Source of the DNA: a virus
Strand: one strand, 5' to 3'
IMG/VR virus record: IMGVR_UViG_3300045988_098422
DNA: 64,000 nt
The translations under genes were made by a program, and so were the position numbers. Under the pieces are notes generated by a model. That model was not told where the DNA came from. It made no database searches and was given only the letters and a program-made list of their open reading frames with translations. Below are positions 1-9,336 of this stretch, in pieces; position 1 is the stretch's first letter, and every line of letters starts with the position of its first letter.

Positions 1-1
1 G

Positions 2-277
2 CTCATAGAACGTGAAATTTGTAGCACCGATATAGTACTTCAGCCGTACAGTGATGATGCCTTAAAGAAGGGAATGACCGACTTACAGCACCGATTGTTT
101 AAGATGTGTGATTATTTGGACTTATGGATATTTTGCAAAAACGAAATAGCGTTGGGAAATGCCTGTAAGAAGATAAAGATGTGCCTAAATAATTGTGAGG
201 TTGCGTTGTGCCGTATTTCCAACGATTTTAAAGATTTTAAGAGTATAAAGAAATTCATGGAACAGTATGAGCCATAA
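2..277 (+). CDS. hypothetical protein, 5' partial (continues upstream of window)
   Basis: Frame of tracked ORF 74..277 stays open back to nt 2; stop 275-277 overlaps next start at 267. Confidence 0.4.
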   Translation, partial: LIEREICSTDIVLQPYSDDALKKGMTDLQHRLFKMCDYLDLWIFCKNEIALGNACKKIKMCLNNCEVALCRISNDFKDFKSIKKFMEQYEP

Positions 278-911
278 AGGAAAGATATATGGAATAGTAG
301 GTGTTATCGGTAGCGGTAAGACTTACAGGGCTGAACAGTTACAATATGACGCAGCAGTTGAAGAACGCCCAATGATACTTGGTGATTTTAGCGAGGGTAT
401 CCGTCAGACGTTAATGAACATTTTCACAGGTAGAAACAGGGGTGTTCAGTTGGATAGTAGTGTCTATGCAGGTTGGAAGAATGCCCAACAGTCAATTCTA
501 TTACCAACTTCTGGGAATGGGTTGTTACCCGATACTGTTAAAGTAACGGGTCGTGAAATGTTGCAGCGTACCGGAGAATATTTAAAAATGTTGGCGGGCG
601 AAGATGTTTGGGCAAAATGGACGGCTCAAGATATTTTGAACCGTTGGTCAAAAATAGATATTGATAAAAGAGAACAGTGTGATATCGTGTTTGGTTCTTT
701 GCGGTTTGATTGCGAAGCGGCACAACTGTTTAACTTGTCTAAAGCCACAGAAAAAGAAGTAGAAATTATTTTCTGCAATTTTAAAAGTGGCAAGTACGAA
801 TTGAACGACCATGTTAGCGAAGACTTTGCAAGGTATTTCCTAGACAAAGGCTGCAAGGACGGTGAGAATATTACTGATTTGGTAAAAGAAAAATTGCATG
901 GAAGAATTTAA
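267..911 (+). CDS. P-loop NTPase, putative nucleotide kinase
   Basis: Walker A at N-terminus (IYGIVGVIGSGKTY); 214 aa; overlaps both neighbours; kinase role is inference. Confidence 0.5.
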   Translation: MSHKGKIYGIVGVIGSGKTYRAEQLQYDAAVEERPMILGDFSEGIRQTLMNIFTGRNRGVQLDSSVYAGWKNAQQSILLPTSGNGLLPDTVKVTGREMLQRTGEYLKMLAGEDVWAKWTAQDILNRWSKIDIDKREQCDIVFGSLRFDCEAAQLFNLSKATEKEVEIIFCNFKSGKYELNDHVSEDFARYFLDKGCKDGENITDLVKEKLHGRI

Positions 912-3900
912 AGCATATTTGACGAACAACCTAATGTCGTTTACGCAAGTTTCTGACTATGTTGTAGAAATTGGTGGGAAGACATTTGAGTTGTACCAGC
1001 CCGCCTACGATGGTGCATTGTTTGACGACGACTTTAATTTTGTTGGAGTACCTATGCACGAACGAGGTGAGGATATTACAACGGAGTGCGACTTTTATGC
1101 TTATAAATTTGGGGGCGTATATTATATGCTTGAAAAGGGGAAGGAAAACGCTGTTAAGTTAACCCGTCTGAAGTATGTGGGGGAAGCACAACAGGAAATT
1201 CCAACCCCTGTCTTTTTGGGCGTACATGGGCAGTATGAAATGATGAGTGGGACGGGTACATATAGTGAATGGTGCAAGAAAGCCAAATTTTTAGGCGTGC
1301 ATACATTGGGTATATGTGAACGGAACAGTTTGGCAGGTGCGTTGAAATTTCAAACAGAATGCAAGGCAAACGGCTTGAAAAGTGTTATTGGAATGGAGTG
1401 CACCGTGTATGATATTCCAAACGATTATCGTTTTACTGTTAAAGTGTATGCGATGAATGAAAATGGTTGGCGTGACTTGCTGACTATAAATAAGTTCATT
1501 AATTGCGATAACCCCAAATATATAAGTCTGGAGGACTTTAGGGCGATAACCCTGCATAATGATAACCTGATGTTGTTTATAGACCCAAAGACTTTGGACT
1601 ACGACAAACTAGCGGGATTGAAATTAGATGTTGGGGTATATCAATTAGACCCCTGTGAATATGTAGACGACAGCCGTGATGAATGGTACTTAAAGAACTT
1701 GAAAAAGTTTTTTAAAGACAGAAACTTGATGCCCGTGCCAATGGGTGACGCATGGTATTTGGATGAGGAGTATTGTTGCATTCGCCCTCGGTTACATAGT
1801 ATTGGCGGTACAACTGCTTATGAAAGCGAAAACCAATACTTTAAATCTAATGACCAACTTTTCTTGGAGTTGGCAGCTATGTTTCCAGATACTGACGAGG
1901 GGTTTGAGGACGCCTATCAGCGTTTCACAGACGCAGCTAGTTTGTTGGAAGACATTGCATTGGGAATTGATTTTACAGTTAATGTGAAACAGCGACATTT
2001 ACCACATTATAAGATGACTCCTGATGAGGCAAAAGTGTACGATACTAATGAAGACCTCTTTTGGGCTCTTATTGCCGAGGGGCTTGATAAGCATCCTGAC
2101 TTACTTGCAACATGGGGCGAAGATGTAATTATGGAACGCATAGACCGTGAAGTGGGGGTTATAAAGCTAGGCGAGGCAATTGATTACTTTTTAATTACAT
2201 GGGATATCATTAATTGGTGTCACCGTAATGGAATAATGACAGGAATAAGTCGTGGTTCAGCGGGTGGATGCTTGGTGTCGTATCTATTGGGAATTACCAA
2301 ACTTGACCCAATGCGTTATGACTTACTTTTTGAGCGTTTCTTGAACGCAGGACGTGTTAAGGTTTCACTCCCCGATATTGACTGTGACTATCCAGGAGAA
2401 GACCGACCCCGTGTAAAGAAATACATGGAAGAACGTTACGGGTGGCAACAGGTTTGTTCTGTGGGAACTTATAGTGCATTGCAACTACGGGCAGCGATTA
2501 AGGATATGGCACGAGTGTACGGGCTTGACTTTCAGGAAATGAACGACATGATGAAAGCGTTTGACGTTAAAGACCGTAAACCTGAAGACCTGTTTAAAAT
2601 TGCGTGTGCCAACAGCCGTGTCAAAGATTTCGTAAAAACGTATCCAGATTTAATTAACGAAGTAATGTTGATTATGCCTGCACCTAAGGCACAAAGTATC
2701 CATGCGTGTGCGATGATGGTTTTCCCAGATGAGCACGATATGTTCAGGTGGGTTCCTATTCGTAAACAGGGTGACGATTATGTGACAGAATGGGAAGGCG
2801 GTGAAATGGATGCAGCCGGATTTTTGAAAGAGGACGTTTTGGGGGTAGCCCAATTTGATAAATTTCAAGACATGGTACGCCTCATCAAAGAGCACGAAAA
2901 TGTGGATTTGGATATATTTAGTGTACCGCTTGATGACAAAGAGGTTTACAGGTTTTTCCAGAACGGGTGGAATGAAGATAATTTTCACTTCGGTAGCCGT
3001 GGATTAACGGGTTATTGCCGTCAGATGAAACCTGAAAATATTGAAGACCTGATTGCCGCTATTTCGTTGTATCGTCCGGGAGCAATGGAAAACAACTTCC
3101 ATAATGAGTACGTGTTGCGTAAAGAGGGCAAAAAGACGGTGGAGTATTTTACAGGCACACAAGATATTCTTAAGAACACGTATGGAGTATTTGCCTATCA
3201 GGAGCAAATTATGCAACTTTGTCGGGAGCTAGGCGGGTTGTCTTTGGTAGAAGCTGATGACGTGCGTAAAGCAATGGTAAAGAAGAAGTACGAGGCACTG
3301 CAACAGTACAAAGAACGGTTTATTCCGTATTACCGTGATACCTATCATGTAACACAGGAATACAGTGAAAATGTGTGGGATGCTATTGATAAGGCTAGTA
3401 CTTATCTTTTCAATCGTAGCCATGCCGCAGCGTATGCAATAACAGGTTATATTTCTCAATGGATTAAAGTACATTATCCAATAGAATACTGGAGTGTGGC
3501 GTTTAAATATGCACAGGACTTTGACTATTCCCGTTATATTGCGGAAATCAATAAGACTGGGATGTGTACGGTTCGGCAGGTGGACATAAACATATCCAGC
3601 ACGGATGTAGTTATCAACTTTACGGAAAAGGCTCTATATTGGGCTATAACCGGAGTTAAGCAGGTTGCCGAAAAAGCGGCTACGCAAATATTAAAAGAGC
3701 GTGACGAAAATGGACAGTACTTTTCACTAAGCGATTTTATTAGTCGCCATAAATGGAAAGGCTCGGCAGTAAATAGCCGTGTAATTAGAAACCTTATATT
3801 GGCAGGTGCATTTGACAAACTTGAAGGAGTTACCAAAGCTAAGGACAGAATTGACCTGTTAGTGGAATATTTGGGCAAAGCGAGTGTAGCCGTACGGGAA

Positions 3901-4365
3901 GATGATATTGTATTAACAGGGGCTGACCGCCATGCGAATGATGAATGGTGGTGGGCGTTATTACAAAAGAAAGTATCGGGTTTTGCGTTCTTTAATTACG
4001 AGAGCATTTATAAACGGTTTGTCGGTGAGTTCCCAGAGGAATATGAATACGCAACGTTTGAGGAGTGTTTAGACACGGAACATCTTGCTCACAATGGTTA
4101 TGTCGTGGTAGCGGGTTATATTGCTGAAATGGAGATTAAAAAGACCAAAAAAGGCGAAATGATGGCACGCTTAACACTCGAGGCTAACTACGAATTTTTG
4201 GAAGTAATGATATTCCAGCAAGAATATCAGCAGCTTTCCGACTTATTGGTGGCAGGGCGTGCTAACCTGCTATTAATTAATGGAGTTGTTTCTTATGATA
4301 AGCGCAAAGAAAGTAATATTCTACGGGCTAATTATGAAACCAACATTGTCACCTTAACGCTATGA
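898..4365 (+). CDS. dnaE: DNA polymerase III alpha subunit (DnaE-type replicative polymerase)
   Basis: 1155 aa; PHP-domain start FLGVHGQYEMMSGTG; core motifs GISRGSAGGCLVSYLLGITKLDP, FERFLN, LPDIDCDY, YQEQIMQ, FNRSHAAAYA. Confidence 0.9.
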   Translation: MEEFKAYLTNNLMSFTQVSDYVVEIGGKTFELYQPAYDGALFDDDFNFVGVPMHERGEDITTECDFYAYKFGGVYYMLEKGKENAVKLTRLKYVGEAQQEIPTPVFLGVHGQYEMMSGTGTYSEWCKKAKFLGVHTLGICERNSLAGALKFQTECKANGLKSVIGMECTVYDIPNDYRFTVKVYAMNENGWRDLLTINKFINCDNPKYISLEDFRAITLHNDNLMLFIDPKTLDYDKLAGLKLDVGVYQLDPCEYVDDSRDEWYLKNLKKFFKDRNLMPVPMGDAWYLDEEYCCIRPRLHSIGGTTAYESENQYFKSNDQLFLELAAMFPDTDEGFEDAYQRFTDAASLLEDIALGIDFTVNVKQRHLPHYKMTPDEAKVYDTNEDLFWALIAEGLDKHPDLLATWGEDVIMERIDREVGVIKLGEAIDYFLITWDIINWCHRNGIMTGISRGSAGGCLVSYLLGITKLDPMRYDLLFERFLNAGRVKVSLPDIDCDYPGEDRPRVKKYMEERYGWQQVCSVGTYSALQLRAAIKDMARVYGLDFQEMNDMMKAFDVKDRKPEDLFKIACANSRVKDFVKTYPDLINEVMLIMPAPKAQSIHACAMMVFPDEHDMFRWVPIRKQGDDYVTEWEGGEMDAAGFLKEDVLGVAQFDKFQDMVRLIKEHENVDLDIFSVPLDDKEVYRFFQNGWNEDNFHFGSRGLTGYCRQMKPENIEDLIAAISLYRPGAMENNFHNEYVLRKEGKKTVEYFTGTQDILKNTYGVFAYQEQIMQLCRELGGLSLVEADDVRKAMVKKKYEALQQYKERFIPYYRDTYHVTQEYSENVWDAIDKASTYLFNRSHAAAYAITGYISQWIKVHYPIEYWSVAFKYAQDFDYSRYIAEINKTGMCTVRQVDINISSTDVVINFTEKALYWAITGVKQVAEKAATQILKERDENGQYFSLSDFISRHKWKGSAVNSRVIRNLILAGAFDKLEGVTKAKDRIDLLVEYLGKASVAVREDDIVLTGADRHANDEWWWALLQKKVSGFAFFNYESIYKRFVGEFPEEYEYATFEECLDTEHLAHNGYVVVAGYIAEMEIKKTKKGEMMARLTLEANYEFLEVMIFQQEYQQLSDLLVAGRANLLLINGVVSYDKRKESNILRANYETNIVTLTL

Positions 4366-5018
4366 GTACAGTTATTGGACATATTTATTGTGTTGTTTGC
4401 AATAGAAATCAAAGAATGTATTTTGGGCAAACAATGCAGCAAGTAGAAAGTCGTTTTGAGGCTCACATACGTAGGGCAAAACGTGGTTCGCTTCTTAAGT
4501 TCCACCGAGCCATACGAAAGTATGGCGAGGATAACTTTGTCATTGAGGAAGTGATGTGGGTGGAAGCTCCTACGAAGAAGGAGCTGAAAGCCAAACTTGA
4601 TTTCCTTGAACGGCATTTCATCCAGCGTTACGACACCCGAAAGAATGGCTACAACATGACAGACGGTGGCGATAGTTGTCCAATGGTAGGTAAAAATCAT
4701 TCTGAAGAAACCAAATTAAAGATAGGAATGGCAACAAAGGGTCGCAAACATTTGAAAGCAACTAAAGATAAAATTTCAAAGGGAAACAAAGGTAAGAAAC
4801 TTTCTGAAGAAACCCGACGTAAAATTTCGGAAGCCAAGAAAGGCAAGACTTCTCCATTTAAGGGTAAACATTTATCTAAAGAAGTTAGGAAACATTTATC
4901 AGAATTGGCAATCGGTAGGCAAAGTCCATTTAAGGGACATCACCATTCTGAAGCCACTAAACGTAAAATGAGTGAAATAAAAATTATACAAAATCATGGA
5001 AATATTAGTACATTTTAG
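4362..5018 (+). CDS. free-standing GIY-YIG homing endonuclease with NUMOD3-like repeats
   Basis: GHIYCVVC..MYFGQT, YGEDNF, NGYNMTDGG (GIY-YIG core) followed by about 5 repeats of GKxHSEETKxKIS type; ATGA overlap with dnaE stop. Confidence 0.8.
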   Translation: MSTVIGHIYCVVCNRNQRMYFGQTMQQVESRFEAHIRRAKRGSLLKFHRAIRKYGEDNFVIEEVMWVEAPTKKELKAKLDFLERHFIQRYDTRKNGYNMTDGGDSCPMVGKNHSEETKLKIGMATKGRKHLKATKDKISKGNKGKKLSEETRRKISEAKKGKTSPFKGKHLSKEVRKHLSELAIGRQSPFKGHHHSEATKRKMSEIKIIQNHGNISTF

Positions 5019-5526
5019 TGGAGTACCCGTAACACTTGAAACAAACGGTTTTTCTGGACGCATAGATATAGACCAATTAACGTCTATTGATTATGGCAAT
5101 TTGTACGGTGAAGCCGTGACAGTTAGTGCTCTTCTAAATAAGGTTGGTTTGCTACGTGCCGAGGCAGAGCAGGCATTAGCCGAGAAGAAGTTGGAAAGGG
5201 ACGTGTGCGAGGCTGATACGAAGCGTAAATGGCGACAGCAAGCCAACGCCAACCAAGGAAAGTTCTGTTTTGAGGGTGAGTGGATAAAGCTGTCAGAAAA
5301 GGCGTTGGATGAGGCGTTGCTACTTGATGATGCTTATCAGGGATTGTGCTGTGAGTATATTGAGGCACAAAAGAACTTTAATGTCCTTGACGCTTTGCAA
5401 TGGGCGGTGCAAGATAAGTCTAAGAAACTTAATAACCTGTTAAAACCCGTGACACCTACTGAGTTGCTCGGGGAGTTGGTGGAGAGTAACGTAAATAGTT
5501 TTGTGATAACTAAAAAAGGATACTAA
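4996..5526 (+). CDS. hypothetical protein
   Basis: Tracked ORF, 176 aa, co-directional, 23-nt overlap with upstream gene; no motif recognised. Confidence 0.5.
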   Translation: MEILVHFSGVPVTLETNGFSGRIDIDQLTSIDYGNLYGEAVTVSALLNKVGLLRAEAEQALAEKKLERDVCEADTKRKWRQQANANQGKFCFEGEWIKLSEKALDEALLLDDAYQGLCCEYIEAQKNFNVLDALQWAVQDKSKKLNNLLKPVTPTELLGELVESNVNSFVITKKGY

Positions 5527-5527
5527 T

Positions 5528-5833
5528 ATGGCAACAACATCAACAATTTTTGACGGGTTTATTAAACTGGTAGGCAACATTTACATGAAGCCCTGTGAGG
5601 CTCATCCATCTGCATACGATTTGTATGTACACAAACCGAGTACAAGTGCTAGACACCCCGAGGGTAAAATGGACGACGTGGCATTTGGTTTGTCATTGGA
5701 GCTAGCTATTTCGTGGGCGTGTCATAAGGCAGCGGGCGAACGTGAAGTTAAAGACTTGCAGGGATTGTTGAAAGAACTGCATAAAGTAAACCAAGAAATT
5801 AGAGAGAACGTACTAAGTTTTATTAACGATTAA
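5528..5833 (+). CDS. hypothetical protein
   Basis: Tracked ORF, 101 aa, 1-nt gap to previous gene. Confidence 0.5.
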   Translation: MATTSTIFDGFIKLVGNIYMKPCEAHPSAYDLYVHKPSTSARHPEGKMDDVAFGLSLELAISWACHKAAGEREVKDLQGLLKELHKVNQEIRENVLSFIND

Positions 5834-5847
5834 TTTATAGAAAAATT

Positions 5848-7299
5848 ATGGCAGGATTTGACCGCAGCAAGTGGAAAGCTGCACCCCTAGCAACAGTGAA
5901 TTCAACAGTGAACGAAACAAAAAAGTTTGACACTTATTTTGAGAGTGGAAATAACGAATATGCTCGTTTTTGGGCAAATCGTGACGGCATTACGATAAAA
6001 CGTGTGCTGCCTGCACATGAGCCAGGAGATAGCCCTTATGTGCCTATGTTGACAGCCATGCTGAAAATTGAAGTAGACGATAAGGACAGCAATGGCACAG
6101 TGATTGGGAAGAAAGTCGCTAACAAGAAAATTTTTATTGGTACTTTGCACGGTGGTTATCCGTACGATATCATTGAGGAGTACATTAAACGGGTGTACGA
6201 AAAGGCTGATGCTTATCAGGGCGATGAGCGTGACCGTTATTTGAACCCTGTTAAAGGTTACAGAATGGGCGGTAAGAATGGCACATGGGTTCCGGGAATT
6301 AGACCTCAACTGGAGTATGTGTTTTATGCTCTTATTGAGGGTAAAATTTACCGTGACAGTTTGAAACCGAAGCAAATGGAAGCCTTGAATAAGGAAAGTG
6401 CTGACCTTTGTGCACAGAACGACACGGCTGCAATTGATATGTTTAGCGACCCGACAACAGGTTTTCCAATTCAGTGGAGTGTAGGAAAGGATAAGGATGG
6501 CAAAAAGGAAACCACTCTTAAATCTTTGCCGTTGAAAATGCAACAGACTTGGGATGAATACTTTGGTGAAAATGCAGTTCCTGACGCAATTTTGGAACAG
6601 CTTGAAAAGTTGCCAAGTTTGAAGAGCCTGTACGTTGACAGTTACAAAAAACGTGACTTTGACCTTGCATTGGAAGGACTGAAACGTTTTGATGAAGCCA
6701 ACGTTTACAAGATTTTTGCCGACGAAGAGTTTTTGGACATGGTTGAACAGATGGCTGAAATGGTGGCAGAAAAGACAGGGGATGACGGAAAGCCAAGCGG
6801 TACAGATGATTTGCCTTTTGGTGATGAAGCTCCTAGCGCAGCTCCGGCTCCAGCCGCTAAAAAGACGCCCGTAGCTAAAGCTCCAGCAGCTAAGAAAGCC
6901 GTAGCAAAGAAAAAACCCGCTGAACCGACACCTGAAGAAAAACTTGCTGTCATCAACACTGAATTTGTGCGCCAATACGGTGACGGTTACGATGAATTTA
7001 CACTTGAGGATATGGGCGATGAACTGGAAGAAACATACCAACTTGCACTCAAGAAAGAAGATTTGGGTTATGACATACCTCACGTTGACGGTTGGGATGG
7101 CGATGGTGATAATGGTGAGGACGAAACTCCAGCCGAAGACCCTGAACCGGAACAAGCTCCGGCAGTACCAGAAGTTCACACCGCAGTCGGTCCGGCAGCA
7201 GTGAAAGCTCCTGCAGACGCAAATAGCAAAAGTGCGATGAGTGCTGTTGAGCGCATACGTTTGCTTCGTGAACAAAAAGCCGCAGCCGCTAAGAAGTAA
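5848..7299 (+). CDS. hypothetical protein; possible gp32-like ssDNA-binding protein
   Basis: 483 aa. It sits between the polymerase and recombination genes. It has an Ala/Pro/Lys-rich linker (AAPAPAAKKTPVAKAPAAKKAVAKKKP) and an acidic tail (DGWDGDGDNGEDETPAEDPEPE), as in phage SSBs. The SSB role is inference only. Confidence 0.55.
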   Translation: MAGFDRSKWKAAPLATVNSTVNETKKFDTYFESGNNEYARFWANRDGITIKRVLPAHEPGDSPYVPMLTAMLKIEVDDKDSNGTVIGKKVANKKIFIGTLHGGYPYDIIEEYIKRVYEKADAYQGDERDRYLNPVKGYRMGGKNGTWVPGIRPQLEYVFYALIEGKIYRDSLKPKQMEALNKESADLCAQNDTAAIDMFSDPTTGFPIQWSVGKDKDGKKETTLKSLPLKMQQTWDEYFGENAVPDAILEQLEKLPSLKSLYVDSYKKRDFDLALEGLKRFDEANVYKIFADEEFLDMVEQMAEMVAEKTGDDGKPSGTDDLPFGDEAPSAAPAPAAKKTPVAKAPAAKKAVAKKKPAEPTPEEKLAVINTEFVRQYGDGYDEFTLEDMGDELEETYQLALKKEDLGYDIPHVDGWDGDGDNGEDETPAEDPEPEQAPAVPEVHTAVGPAAVKAPADANSKSAMSAVERIRLLREQKAAAAKK

Positions 7300-7317
7300 A
7301 TTTTATTCACCAATATA

Positions 7318-7340
7318 GGCGGGCTTTCGCCCGCCTTTTT
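7318..7340 (+). terminator. rho-independent terminator
   Basis: GGCGGGC-TTTC-GCCCGCC followed by TTTTT. Confidence 0.8.
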
Positions 7341-7351
7341 GCTTTTATACA

Positions 7352-8386
7352 ATGAAAAGAAACCCGATAGCCGTTATAAGTACAGACAGACATTTAAAGG
7401 AAGAAAACGCTTTAGACCTGTTAGATTTGTCTGAACAAGAAATTGCGCTTGCTCAAAAGCTGAAAGTTAAGACCGTTATTTGGTTGGGAGACATATTTGA
7501 TAGCCGCCTTAGTCAGCGTCAAGAATTGCTTAACTGTTTAACGTTGATGATACAAATGTATCACGAGGCAGGGCTGCAAATTATTTGTATTCCTGGAAAC
7601 CACGATAAGACAGATTATGAGGATGACGATAGCTTTTTGACCGCCTACAAATATCATCCCGGATTTGACCTAATTGAGACACCTCAAGCCCGTGTAATAG
7701 GTGGGGTTGATTTTGACTTTGTGCCGTTTTATTCGGTGGATATGTGGTTGGATAAGTTTGCGGAATTAGACCCGCCTCCGGGATTAAAATCAGTACTATG
7801 TAGTCATACAGCCGTACAAGGTTCTATCAATAACGACGGCAAAGTAGTAGAGAACCGCATTAAGACAAAGTTATTCAACAAATACGGAAAAGTATTGTTA
7901 GGGCATTATCACAATGCTCAACAACCCGCTTCAAATGTTTTTCACCTACCGTCTATAAGACAAAATAACTTTGGTGAAGATGAAGAAAAAGGCTTTACGG
8001 TGTTGTATGACGATGTAAGTTTTGATTTCGTTAAGTCTGATTTTGTGCCATACAGAGAAGTCAAAATTGATGTGGCGACTGTGACAAAGGCTGAACTTCA
8101 AAAGTTGCATACGGAAATTGATGATGGGGTACATTCCCGAGTGGTGCTTATTGGCGACCAACAGGCAGTGAAAGCGGTTAACAAGAAATGGTTTACGGAA
8201 CACGGAATAGCCGTAAAAGCTAAATACACCGATGTAGAAGTAACGGAAACCGAAGAAACAGAAGCGGTGCAGGAATTAAGCGGAGAAGACTTAAAAGATA
8301 AGTTTGAGGCGTTTTGTACTGAAAAGGGTTACGATTACAAAGAGGGGTTTAAACTATTAAAAGAAATAATGAAATGGCAGGAGTAA
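7352..8386 (+). CDS. sbcD: SbcD/Mre11-family nuclease
   Basis: Calcineurin-like phosphoesterase motifs VISTDRH, WLGDIFD, IPGNHD, GHYH. Confidence 0.8.
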   Translation: MKRNPIAVISTDRHLKEENALDLLDLSEQEIALAQKLKVKTVIWLGDIFDSRLSQRQELLNCLTLMIQMYHEAGLQIICIPGNHDKTDYEDDDSFLTAYKYHPGFDLIETPQARVIGGVDFDFVPFYSVDMWLDKFAELDPPPGLKSVLCSHTAVQGSINNDGKVVENRIKTKLFNKYGKVLLGHYHNAQQPASNVFHLPSIRQNNFGEDEEKGFTVLYDDVSFDFVKSDFVPYREVKIDVATVTKAELQKLHTEIDDGVHSRVVLIGDQQAVKAVNKKWFTEHGIAVKAKYTDVEVTETEETEAVQELSGEDLKDKFEAFCTEKGYDYKEGFKLLKEIMKWQE

Positions 8387-9333
8387 AAGATTTTGTGAAT
8401 ACCGTACAAAAGAAGTTCGGTAAAGAAGTAATTGCCGGAGATAACCGTGCAGGGGTAGAGTTTCTACCGTCAGGCAGCTTGTCTTTGGATTTAGCATTGG
8501 GCGGGGGTTATGCAAAGGGGCGCATTATTGAGCTCATGGGTTACGAAAGTTGTGGTAAAACGACACTAGCTTTACACGCTTGCTTGAGTGCCCAAAATGA
8601 GGGTAAAGCTGTTTTATACGTAGACCGTGAGAACGCTATTGATATTGATTATGTACAGAATTTAGGCATTGACACTGACCCTGAAAAGTTTATCTTGACA
8701 CAGCCCGGAGTAGCCGAGGAATGTTTTGAAATTATAAGGGAAGCAATTAAGACTGATGAAATTGGTGTTATTGTTTTGGACAGTGTTGCCGCTTTGTTCC
8801 CTAAATGTTACTTAGACGCTGATGTCGGTGATGCTAAGATGGGCACAGTCGCTCGCATTATGTCTACGTGGCTTCCTGGATTTGTGGGGGATATTAAACG
8901 TAATAACATCGTTGTAATATTCATCAACCAATATCGCGACAAAATTGGCGTAATGTTTGGTGACCCTCGCACAACTCCGGGAGGGAAAGCATTAGGGTTT
9001 TATTCTTCCCAGCGTCTGGATATTGCCCGTGCAGGTGCGGCAGGCGACAAGGGGGAAGAGTTTGCTAATCACGTTAAAGTTAAAGTGACGAAAAACAAGG
9101 TCGCCCCACCGTTCCGAAAAGCTGAATTTGATATACGTTTTGGCGAGGGTATTGATAAGGCATTGGATATCCTTAATCTGGCGGTTGAAAAAGGCGTAGT
9201 GGAAAAGGCAGGCTCGTTCTTTAAGTATGGGGGTAAAACCCTAGCACAAGGCGCAGAGAAAACTCGTGATGTGATAGCTGAGGACGAAGACCTTATGGCA
9301 CGCATTGAAGAAGAAATTATGCAAAATATTTAG
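8374..9333 (+). CDS. recA: RecA recombinase
   Basis: LPSGSLSLDLALGGGYAKGRIIELMGYESCGKTTLALH (RecA N-region plus Walker A), VIVLDSVAAL (Walker B), 319 aa. Confidence 0.9.
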   Translation: MAGVKDFVNTVQKKFGKEVIAGDNRAGVEFLPSGSLSLDLALGGGYAKGRIIELMGYESCGKTTLALHACLSAQNEGKAVLYVDRENAIDIDYVQNLGIDTDPEKFILTQPGVAEECFEIIREAIKTDEIGVIVLDSVAALFPKCYLDADVGDAKMGTVARIMSTWLPGFVGDIKRNNIVVIFINQYRDKIGVMFGDPRTTPGGKALGFYSSQRLDIARAGAAGDKGEEFANHVKVKVTKNKVAPPFRKAEFDIRFGEGIDKALDILNLAVEKGVVEKAGSFFKYGGKTLAQGAEKTRDVIAEDEDLMARIEEEIMQNI

Positions 9334-9336
9334 TTT

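Noticed and set aside
5902-7275. 457-aa ORF on the minus strand
   Set aside because: It lies entirely antisense to the better-supported + strand gene 5848-7299. Its composition is Cys/Phe/Val-rich and non-protein-like. It has no promoter or start context. It is a shadow ORF.
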